From positions 136,716 to 200,715 of the forward strand of contig WELA01001161.1 in NCBI GenBank assembly GCA_009602735.1: a stretch of DNA of 64,000 nt, read 5' to 3'. Below the pieces are notes generated by a model. That model saw only the letters and a program-made list of their open reading frames with translations. It was not told the DNA's origin and did no database searches. The position numbers were made by a program, and so were the translations under genes. Numbering within the stretch: position 1 is the stretch's first letter; each line of letters opens with the position of its first letter. Below, piece after piece: positions 1-11,047 of the stretch. Source of the DNA: Mesotaenium endlicherianum (taxonomy: Eukaryota).

Positions 1-372
1 CCCCCAACCCAAATTAGGACCTCTCTGCCTCTCCTGCAGGGACACGGCTGGGTAGCTCCTGCTGGGCTCCGCTGGCGCTTTGGAGAAGCAGCATGGCCCT
101 CTGCATGTTGCCTTAGCAGTCCCCTCCCTCCCTCGTCTGCTTGTTGCGTACCAGCCCTCCCTGTGTCTCCCGCCCTTCCTCGCTCTCTTGCCCTTTCCAT
201 CTCCCTCTCCCGTCTGCCTCTCCCTCTCTCTCTCTCTCCCTCTCCCCCTTAAGATGCTGCCTGGCTGTGGAGGCTGAGAGCTGCGCGGCGGGCGCTGCTG
301 TGCTCAAGCGGGGCTTAGGGGATTGCTCACGGGGAAGCGTGGGGGTGCGCTGGGCGGGGAGTGCGGCTGCAG

Positions 373-478
373 GTGCTGGAGTCAGCGGGCCAGTTTGTGG
401 ACGCTCGCTCCATCGGGCCGCACTGCCGCGAGGACGACGAGCTCGTCATCACGTCCCAGATCCAGGTGTGCACACACA

Positions 479-509
<31 letters not shown>

Positions 510-3500
510 GCAGACGCACTCACGCACACATGCACACACGCACATGCGCCTTCCCGTATGTGCGCACGTATGCAGGCTCGACGCGCACGTCCCGGTACGT
601 CCGCACGCGCCTGTCCTTACTGCGCGCACGATGCAGCAGGCTCGAGAGCGATGCGATGGCGTGGCAGCGCCTGGCATATCCGCCCTTGCAGCTCCTCGCC
701 CAGGTTGGGCTGTAGCTGCAGACGCAGACATGGGAGCCGCTTCGACTGCCGGCAAGTGGCGCGCTCATCGCCAGCTGTCATGTTGTAGGCTTGTGGGGAG
801 GGTGAGGGGCTTTCACTTTCCAGAGCCAGCTGGCCAGCCTGCCTCTGCACCTTACATCAACCCCCCCATTCCCTGCCCGCCTGGAGGCGCGTGCCCGGAC
901 TGACGCAAGTGTGGCCTGGCTGGGCGGCGGTGACCTGGCAGGAGGAGGCCCGGTTCCAGAGGCAGCAGGCGGCGGCGAGAAAGGCGCGCAGCTGCGCGTC
1001 CCGCGCCCCCCCGCCCTCCTCTCCATTCGACGACTACCCACGGGAGGAGCCCGGCGCACGCGCCGCCAGCAGGTCCCCCGGATTCATGCACCCTGGCGGA
1101 GCTGTGCTGGCGACGAGCCCCACAGGGCTGCCAGAGACCGCAGTCGCCTGGGGTCCCCCTCCTCTCTCCGAGTTTCCGCCTCATGGCCGCTACTCGTACG
1201 ACCAGCCGGCAGCGTGGCTGGGGATGTTTGGCGGCGCCGCGACGGCGGCGGCAGGAGCGAGAGCACGCCCCTCGGGCGGCGGTGGCAGCGGCCGCGGGGG
1301 CGAGCTGGCGGAGGAGGAGGAGCAGAGCATGGGGTGGGGGGGGAGCCACAGCGGCGTGCGGCCGTCGCTGCTGCCGCCCAGCCGAGGCCTGCCGCTTGGA
1401 GGCGGGGGCGCCAACGGCAGCCACACGTTCCCCACGTACGAGCGCATGTACGGCGCCAGCAGCGGCGGCGGCGGCGGCAGGGCCGGCACGCCCGAGCACT
1501 CAGGGATGTCCAACGGGCACTTGCACGCGCACGGGCATAGGCTTGGGGGGTATGTGGGTGGCAGCGGCGGCGGCGGGGGCAGCGCCAGCATGCCGCCGCC
1601 ACCCCCTTGGGCGGCAAGCGCGCGGGCGGGCTCAGCTGCAAGCAGTGGCGGCGGTGGCGGCAGCCTGCAGNCGGCGGCAGTAGAGTACGTGACCAGCAGC
1701 CGCGCCGACGCGGCGGAGATTACCGCTCGCCAGCTGGGCATCATCGACTCCGAGGGGCTGCCGGTGGGCGGCGCCGTCAGCGGTGGAGGGGACGGGGGGG
1801 GCGCGAGTGCAAGCATGAGCACGGGCGCAGGCGGCGCAGCAGGTGGAGGAGGGGGCCCCGGCACCAGCTCCTTTTCCCTGGGGGGCGCAGGAGGCAGCCG
1901 CGGGGAGGCTCCCGGCGGCGCCCCCTCTCACAGCAGGGGCTGGCCGCCGCAAACGCACCAGCAGCACAGTCATCACGCGCAAGGGCAAGGGCAAGGGCAA
2001 GCACAGGGGCCTGTGCCAGAGCAGCAGCAGCACCACCATCACCCTCCCCCCTCTGGGTTCGGGCCTGGGGCGCCCTCCTCTGCTGCTGCTGCTGCTGCGG
2101 CTGCTGCCACTGCGGGCTACTCTCAGGACGTGCCCACACGCTCTATCTTCAGCGGCTCTGCAGGGCCCGAGTACAGCCTGGGTGGCGGCGGCGGTGCAGC
2201 GCCACGTGGCGCCGCGGGGGGGCTCGGAGGCGGCCCCCCCGGCCACGAGAGGCAGGCCAATGGTGTTTCCGCCGCAGCAGCTGCGGCGGGCGGCAGAGGC
2301 AACGGGGACAGGGCGGCGGGAGCGGGCGGCGAGGGGCACGAGGGCGATGGGGCAGCAGCAGCAGGAGGAGGAGCAGAGGGTGAGGGAGGGGGGGCGCAGA
2401 ACGGGGAGGCTCAGAGTGCTGGGGGAGGACAGCTGTACGGCGGCATGAAGCAGCGGCTGCTGGCGTTCATCTTTCGCGGCATCTGGGAGCAGCAGCAGCA
2501 GCAGGGGGGGGGGGATGCAGATGCGGCGGCGAGCGCTCAGAAGCTGAAGCGGTTCTACTACCACTTCCAAGACTACATGGACCTCGTCATGTGGAAGGTA
2601 GGGCCCTCTGTGCAGGCGTGCGAGCGTGTGCATGTGCCTGTGCCCGTGCTTGCCTCCGTGCGTGCACGTTTGCATCTCTGCGTGTTAATGTGTGTGGGTG
2701 CGTGCACACGCGTGCGTGCGAGCGTGCGTGCGTACGTGTGCGTGCGTGCGTGCGTGCGTGCATGCATGCGTGTGTGTGTGTGTTTGTTTTCGTCAGCTGG
2801 TGCACGGCAAGGGGTGCCCTGGTGGCAGCTGTAACTCATACGCTTGTGTTGCATGCACATGTATCCCCACGGCTGCACATGCTCTTTCAGTGTAAGCGCG
2901 AGTCGAAGCGTGCATGATGACATGCGTGGCCCCCCCATTCAGCCCGTGCTCCATTGTCTCCCCAACGCATCTTTTAGAAGACTCGCGGGACAGGTGGCAG
3001 AGACGCGGGGGCCCCAAGGCTAGTAATGGCCAGCATGCGCCCTGCCCGGCTGCCGGCCGGCCAGGATCCGCTATCCTGCGGGGAGCTCAGTGTGTCAATT
3101 CTTCAGAATAGTCTGCTGTGGTGGCCGGTGTGTGCGTCCGTGGACCAGCACGCGCACATCTACCCATGCTGAGGCGGGGTGTATTTGCCGATATGTTTCT
3201 ATGTCTGTGCTTCAAAGAAAGGGGGAGGGGGGGGAGAATGGGGAGGGTNNNNNNNNNNNNNNNNNNNNNNNNNNNNNNNNNNNNGGGGAGAATGGGGAGG
3301 GTGGGGGGAGGGGAGGGGCAAAGGGATCATGTGGACTAACTTGTCTGTTCTGATGTTTTTCTGCACGCATGCATCTGTTGGGGGGCTGTGTGCGTTTTGG
3401 GGATGGGCAGGTGCAGTTCCTGGACCGGCAGCACCTGCTGATAAAGTTTGGGAGCGTGGAGGGCGTGCTCCTGCGCAGCAGCGACAGCAGCCACCAGAAC

Positions 3501-4485
3501 GCCTTCTTTGCCGTCTACAACGTCGAGACCACCACCGTTCTCGGCTTCTTCCAGGTGTGGCCCCTCTCCCTCCTCGCTCCCTCCCTCCCTGCCTCCCTGC
3601 GCCCCTGCCTGCATCGCCCCCTCCTCCCCTCTCTCCCTCTCTCCCCCCTCCCCTCCTCCCGGAACTCCTCCCCTCATACACATGCATGCACACGCGCATC
3701 CCCACGCAGGCGAATGCGTGCTCGCATCATGCACGCATGAATGTGGATTCATAGTCACACTGGCAGCATACAGAGACTTTTTATATCTCTCCCTCCCTCC
3801 CTCCCTCCCTCCCTCCCTCTGTGCCAGCTTGGCCCGTATTCCTGGATGCCTTGTGCTATGATGCTGCAGTTGGCAGATGATGATGGTGCCCTCCGTGCGC
3901 TGGGCACTAGCTCTTACATCATGCTCCCCCATCTCTGCCGCGAAAGAGCACTTCACACAGGCACATCTTTTGTTTTCCAGCCCCGGCCTTGTGCTGAAGC
4001 TCCCCCCTTCTCTCCGCTCCCCCTTCGTCGCCGTGCCGGAGAGCCCTGCAGAGTCTGCCGGCGTCGCAGTCGTCGTCTGCCGTCCGTTTGACCTTTCCCC
4101 CCTTTGCTCTGGGTCCCTCCTCGTCATCTCCTCCCTTTTGGCTCCTTCTTTTTCTGATTCTTCTTCCTCTTTTCGATCCTTCTTTCTTTCATCTCTCTCT
4201 CTCTTTCTTCGGGCCGCAGAACTCGTCGGAGGAGTTCCTGACGTTCTTCGAGAAGTTCTGCGACCACTTCCGCGTGGCGCCGGAGTTCCCGCTGAACATG
4301 GCGTACATGAGCAGCGTGTCCAACAACGTGTACGCGCGCGAGCAGCTGCGAAAGCAGAAGGCCGCCTGCGTCTCCTCCAAGGGCGGCTCCTACGCTCAGG
4401 TGCGTGCGCTTGTGCCGCCGCGTGTGCCCGCCACCTCACCTCCCCCTGCTGGGTCCCCCTTGTCCTCCCCCCCCTGTCCCCCGTC

Positions 4486-4516
<31 letters not shown>

Positions 4517-5842
4517 ACATGTGCCTCTCCGGCTTCACTCAAAAGGAGCAGGCTCTCTTGTGGCATTCACGTCTTACAGTTTGTTTCGCCAGCAGTACGG
4601 CGACAAACGCCAGCGCCACTACCCTCGTTAGAAGTAGAGATCCCGAAGGGAGTGCTCACTGCTGTATGCAGTCCAGAGGAGGAGGACGAGCTTCTCAGAG
4701 GAGGACGGGGAGCGCCAGCTGGGGGCTTTACCCAGCGCTCAACCGCCATGATGGAGGCTGCTGTGCTGCATGCTGCTGCTGCTGCTCCTTGACCCGATTG
4801 ATGAGGGGAGGAGGACGTATATCTGCGCGGAGATCACTGAGATCCGTTGGCCCCCGGGTGTGTGCCGAGTACATCGACCCACTAGGGGACCGCTCGCTCT
4901 TCCCCCATGTTTGCAATTGGGGGTCTCGCAGGATGCCTGACGAGTGGCAGGCATTCGCTGCGTTCGTCGGACCGGCACTTCTGAAAGGTGCCTTCTGGGA
5001 GGGCAGTCAACGGTCGGGTCTGGTATTAGGCAGGTGTGCGTGCGCGTGGGGCCCGTGCATGTGCACGTGCGTGCGTGCACGTCTGATGAGAAGCAGTGTC
5101 GCATGCGGGCGGGTGGGTGGGCGGGTGGGTGGGTGGGCGGGTGCCACATGGCAGGCGGTGAAGAGGACGCTGTCGCTGCTGCCCTTTAACGCGCAGTCCC
5201 AGTGCCCCTCCGCCTACTTCGACCAGGCGCTCTTCCACTTTGACGAGAAGGTGAGAGCGAGAGAGTGCCTCCCAACTCGCAGCAGCTGGTCCCCTCCAGT
5301 AGCGTGTGCCTGCGTCAAAGAGGGGGTAGCACAGGGACTTGAGCTGGTCAGCCCCGGGGCAGCGCAGGCCTTAGGGTTCAGGGCAGGGCTAGAGTTTCAC
5401 GTTTAGGGTTTGCGATCTGGTCTTGATACATACAGGGCAGGTTTAGGGGCTAGAGCTTTGGGGTTTGTTCAGTGTCTTCCTCCACCCCACGGGGGTGGAT
5501 ACGCATGTGCCAGGGCTGCTCCAACCTCTGCTGCTCACCCCACTGCCCAAGTGGCGAGGACTTTTTTTCCCTGGGCGTTAAGGATGTGTTTGGTGTCAGC
5601 TGGCTGCCTGCTAGACTGGCATGGCATGTGCAGCCACGGATAACCTGTGGCTGGAGGTTTGGCTTTACGGCTTTTTGAGTGAGTTTGGCTTTCAGTTGCG
5701 CCGCTGCCCTCCACGCGTACGAGCAGCGCAGCCCTGCTGCCAAATTCTCGTGCCTGAGTTGGCCAATACCGCAAAGTTGGCACATTGTGGCGGCAGCTCT
5801 GGTTGCCAGCTGGCTGACAGGCAAAAGAGGGGGGCCCTCTGC

Positions 5843-5876
<34 letters not shown>

Positions 5877-6686
5877 GTGTGTCTGTGTTGGTGGGGGGCT
5901 GGGTGTCTTGGGGACGGCAGCTGATATCGGCCACAGACCGCCACAAGCCGTGCATGGAGCACCCCATCAAGTTCATCTCGCGGCGGCGGCCCAACCTGCT
6001 CAAGTTCAAGATTAATCCTGGTGAGAGCGGCACCGCTGCTGCCGCCCTACGCGCTCTTCTGTCTGGCCTGCTGAGCTGCGGACCGTGTCACGCGCACGCG
6101 TGCATATGCACAATTGTGCATGCGTGCGTGCGCACATGCGCGTGCGTGCGTGCATGTGTGTGTGCGTCTGTGAGTGTGCAAGCGTGCTGCAGAGTTGTCC
6201 TTCGGGTCTGCTCGGCATGCTTGGATCGTCGATGCTGAATTGCGTGGGGTATGATGCCTTGGTACGTAAGTCTGCGCACATCTGGAGGTGCGTAGGGGCG
6301 GCCGCCCTTGTGCAGCTGGTGGATGCTCATTCTTAATTTGAATGCATAGCTCGCGTACCGTGGTGTGATTGGAGGTGAAACAAGTCAGTGGGGTCACATG
6401 GACTCTGTGTCTGCGTTCTCTGTTTGAATCAGCAGGAGATAATTTGTTGGTACTCTGTAAGCGGCCTTTTCATATGCACTTGTTATTGCATGACTCTGTT
6501 GCTAACGTGCGCGTGTGCAACTTGTGTGACGGTGACGCGTGGGGCCCAGGGCTGGAAGCGGGCCCGTCGGACGGGCGCGTGAAGCGGGTGGCGTCGTACG
6601 TGTTCCACCCGGTGCTGCCGTTTGCCATCTCCATCCAGCAGTCCTTCATGCAGCCCTCCGTTATGAACCTGCACCTTCGGCGCTAG
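373..6686 (+). CDS. DET1: DE-ETIOLATED 1 (DET1) light-signalling/CDD complex subunit, 5'-partial. Exons 373-465, 942-2597, 3411-3554, 4220-4399, 5155-5250, 5921-6020, 6550-6686
   Basis: Exons translate to DET1 blocks: VDARSIGPHCREDDEL; GMKQRLLAFIFRGIWE...FYYHFQDYMDLVMWK; VQFLDRQHLLIKFGSV...AFFAVYNVETT; YFDQALFHFDEK; LISATDRH...PIKFISRR; FHPVLPFAISIQQSFMQPSVMNLHLRR*. All junctions are GT-AG with consistent phases. The start of exon 2 is uncertain (942, or an in-frame AG at 2432). Confidence 0.95.
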
Positions 6687-8552
6687 GCCTCCTCCTCCTC
6701 CTCCTCCTATTCCTCCTCCTCCTCTCCCTTTCCTCTTTCTTCTCAAGCTCTCTTAATATTGGGCTTGCATTCGCAAGCAGCATCGAGGGCCTCCCTTATA
6801 GCTTTGGGCACGCATTGGCAAGCAGCAGTGAGGAGAAGGAGGAGGATGATTACCTCGGCTGAAAGGCCGGAATTGCTGGTCTCTTTCCACTCCAGATCGA
6901 TCAGTTGACTGGTGTCGGACCACGGCCGCCCGTGCATCTACCAGAGCAGCCAGACTCCACGACGAGCAGAGAGAGCATAGGAAGGGAGCGGTGACCCCCC
7001 TTCTCTCTTTTAGGCCAGCGCAGACGTCGCTCAATCTTCGGCGTGATTTGTGAAGCTGGGCCCGGTTGCTCGAGAGTTGTGGGCTGATCGCAGACTGTTA
7101 TGACGTCGGCTTCTAAACAAATGGCTGGCCGCACGCAGCAGCCGGGGAACTTCTTGCTCTCTCTTTCTCCCTCTCTTTCCCCTCTCTTAGTCGCGCCACG
7201 TGGCGCTTACAGCAGCTCCCAGGGGAGCCTCTTAGTGAGGACTAGCACAGACAGGGGCTCCAGAGGCTCTGTGAGCGATTGGGTCCTGTCATCAGAAGTT
7301 ATAGCACTGAGAAGAATACTTTATATGCTCGTCACCACTCCCATTTCTGACGGGCCAGCCATTCTCTGGCTTTGTAGTATCCGATATGCGCATGATAGAA
7401 AGAGTTCCTCTAGTTTCTTCTGGGCAACTACGGGGTGGTCAGCGTGCGCTTCACGTACCTGGATTCCCTTACAGACCAGTCAGAAGGCATCTGCATGTAA
7501 AGAGAGTATTAGAACCCAAAATAAGTTTCAAAAACGTATCTGCACCTGCCTGATTGTAGGATAGAACCAGCTCAATGAAAGGTGCCGAAGATGCATATCA
7601 GGTAACAAGAAATATATGGTTTCTCCAAAGATTGATGCATTTGATTAAATTGTTATCAGGGCGGACCATGTGTGGCTGCTATAGATCTTCTATCGTCAGC
7701 TGCTTCTGAATGTTGAGGTGTGTGCAAACAATCAGTTGCAGTTTATTCACAGTATGAAATAGTGAAATTCAATACAGAGCCCAGAGGGAGAGATAACAAC
7801 AGCACGAACAGGATGCATTATCTAACCCTAGATAGTATGGTCATTTCTGCAACAATTGAGTAGTATTTTATTTCCAACTGTATCACCCAACTTGCATGCA
7901 CATGCACAAATGGTATGACCACAGGGTTGAACGTGCTTGCAATACCTCTTTGTATACTTTATTTTACCTCATCTATGCAATAACACATCTTGTAATTTTA
8001 GGTGTACATAATCGTCGTCCGGTAAGCGCAAGGAGTCAAAACTCCGTGTTACAATTTATGCAATGAAAAATACAATGGTCTCACTAAGGCGAAAGGCACT
8101 AGCCTTCATGCTGCAACATGCACGACCAACATGTGAGAGCTGTACATTCAATCATGGGACTCTAAAATTGCTGCTTTCTTGTACGTACGTCATTGCCACA
8201 GCCCAGCGTTGCAGGTGCCAGGCTGCAGAGCAAATTGTACGACTCAAATGGTGCCTACACGGAGTCCCTCCCCAGCATGAGCAGGCACTGGATCCCGCTG
8301 GGCTCACCAGCCTTTCCTGTATGCTACCTCCCGTGTCTAATCTTTTTTACCTACTTATTTGATGCGATGTGCATCATCATCACAGGCAGCTATGTTACTC
8401 GATTGAGGATAGGCCTTGGGAGAACAAAAGAGAATTGCACTCATCCTCAACGGTTTGCCAGCTGTGTACTACGCGATGCATGCTACACCACGTGCGGCCG
8501 GCTGAAAAGCACGTGCTTTCGGAAAACTCTTTGCGAGTCTTATTACTTAGTC

Positions 8553-11016
8553 TTAGTCTTCCGCCCTGAGCGCCCACAGCATGGACAGAGCTCCCACGAG
8601 GTTGAGCAGCGCCAGCTGCAAGCAAGCAGGCGAGGACACATGGACTCTCCATCAGATACAATGCAACGCTGCAAGCAAGGAAAGCGACTCCATCAAACTC
8701 AATGCTGCGCCACCTGCAAGCTAGCAAGCAAGCACACACAGGCACTCAATCAGACCCGTGGCACCAGCTCAGGCATATGGAGATTGCCTGCGTCCCGAGG
8801 GCCACAGTGGATCTGGGATCGTGCAGAGAAATGCGTTCACACAGTCGCAGCGGCTCTAGACAAACGCCCCTCAGAAAGCCTCCCAGCGTTGCTGCGCTGT
8901 CATGAGGGCCCCCTCACATTCCGCGGCTAACGCATTGCATCCCGCTGCTCCGCATTGCACCCCAGACTCTAACCTTAATAACAAAAGCGTGCCGTAAATA
9001 CCAATGCAGCACAGCAAGCGCACAGCAAGCGAGCTGGCAGGCAGGCAAGACAGACACGCATGATGTGAATCACGCGGCTCCACATGCAAGGCAGAGCAAA
9101 GGGCCCTTTCTACTGATGTGCCTGTCTGTGCATCTGGACGCTTGATCCGTATCTAGCGCCGACCGATGAGCTGGCACTTGTGGCCGGCCTGCACCACACC
9201 AACCCATGCACTGAGCAAACCTAAGCTGTCAATTTGAGACATAGGGCTAGGGTTTGGATTAGGGTTCGGGGTTTGGGGTTCGAGGATTTGGGAGGAATGG
9301 AAACTCAGGGTTGCTTCTAGGGTGGAGGGTCATATTTTTTTGAGGGCAGAAGGAGGGAAGGGGCCGTGGAGGAAGGGGGGCCCACCACGAGCAGGGAGAT
9401 CTGGACGGTGCCGCACGCCACGAAGCCGCAGAAAGCAAAGAAGAGGACCTGCATGCACGCACGCCACGTGCACACCCGCGAGGCAGGCAGGCCCCACCCG
9501 CTCCCCCCGCGCAGCCCCGCCCGCGAGAGGCACATTGGGCTCTTTGAGAAGGAGGTGCTGCACGAGGCGCTGGGCGGTGGCAGCACAACTGCCACTTGTC
9601 TCTTCTGCCTACCTGTCGATCCCTCCTTGAGGCTCACCGAGCGCATGCATCTGCGCGGATGCTCGAGCGCACTGCGCGCATGCGTGCTACATGTGTGAAT
9701 GTGTGTGATGCGCACGCGTGTGGTGTGTGCTGCCTGACAGGCTTTGTCAAGGTAGCAGGCCTAAGTGTCCATCTGGCCAAAGCTGGGTCCACAGAGCTGA
9801 CGTGAAATGCGCCAGGTAAGCACTGGGGGTGCGTATGCGCGCTGGACAGCCCACGACAATGAGCAGACTGTCGGCAGTCGCCACTGCGGTACGAGCGGGG
9901 CTGCGAGGGGCGGGGCCGCCAGGTGGGCTGGCAGCTTGCCACCTGGCGACTCAGGAGCTCTGAACGTACTTAGACAATCAGACAAGTGTTTCAGGCTGCT
10001 GTACAATCACGCACCGCCCAGCAACAGAGCGGCAAAGCGGGCGCATGGTTCCAAAGCACAGCGCAGGAAGCGTCGCAGAATGGGATGCTCAGAACATAGC
10101 AGCAGAGCAGAAGGCCAGACAAGGGGGATGAGATAGGGAGATACAAAAAAACAATATAGTTGCCCCACTGAGTGGATGGGTAGGCAGCTCCGAGCGCATC
10201 AGCGCGTGTTGGCCTCTCATGGCAGCAGCGATGCAGACTGGCAGATCAAGTTGTGCGCGCGCTTGCCCGCCCGAAGCGCGCCCCCAGCGGGGGAGGATGG
10301 CGAAGACTTCGGCCGCAAGCTGTGCGTCCTCTGAGCGAGAGGGCAGAGCTCACGTGCATGCAGCCGAGGACGGGAGAGAGGGATATCTACAACAACATGG
10401 ATAGCAGGATACTGAGCTTGAGAGGGCAGAGAGTGAAGGAAGGAGGATCGAGGGAGGGAGGGAGGGAGCGGGAGAGGGAAGGAGAGACGGGGGAGGGAGG
10501 GAAGGGAGCTAGAGCGGGAAGGAGAGACAGCCAGACGGAGGTGAGAGTGGCGCTTGCTCTCACCATGCGGCCGACAACGGTGGCGAGGTAGAAGCCGCGG
10601 GCGCCCATCCCCAGCATCTCTCCGCGCGCAGTCCCCAGGAAGTAAATCCCATACAGCTGCACTTCACAGCGCAGCGCCCCAGTGCAGCAGCAGCATCAGC
10701 AGCCGCACAGGTGTCAGAAGGCCGCAGCTCGGTGAGCAGCGGCTGACCGGCGCACCAGAGGCACTTGGGCGCCGAAGCTCGAATCAAGCAAGCATGTAGA
10801 ATCCAAGCCAAGCAGTGCAATAGCTTCTGCATACACCGGCCCATTGGGGGAACAGGACGATACTGGATGCTGACGAGCTGTGAGCGTTTCAATATGCGAT
10901 CGAGCACTTACATCTGGCAGCACCCTGCGGCTAGCTATCTGTAGCTTCAATCAGAAGTCGGCTCCCACAGCTCAGGGCTCCATTAAAGCAATGGGGGCAA
11001 TGAGAGAGACAACACA

Positions 11017-11047
<31 letters not shown>

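Noticed and set aside
3877..5406. 509-aa ORF on the + strand
   Set aside because: Mostly DET1 intron and microsatellite read-through; only 5155-5250 is a real DET1 exon in this frame.
8193..8930. 245-aa ORF on the + strand
   Set aside because: Non-ATG start, no recognisable motif, and antisense to the terminal exon of the MinC-like gene.
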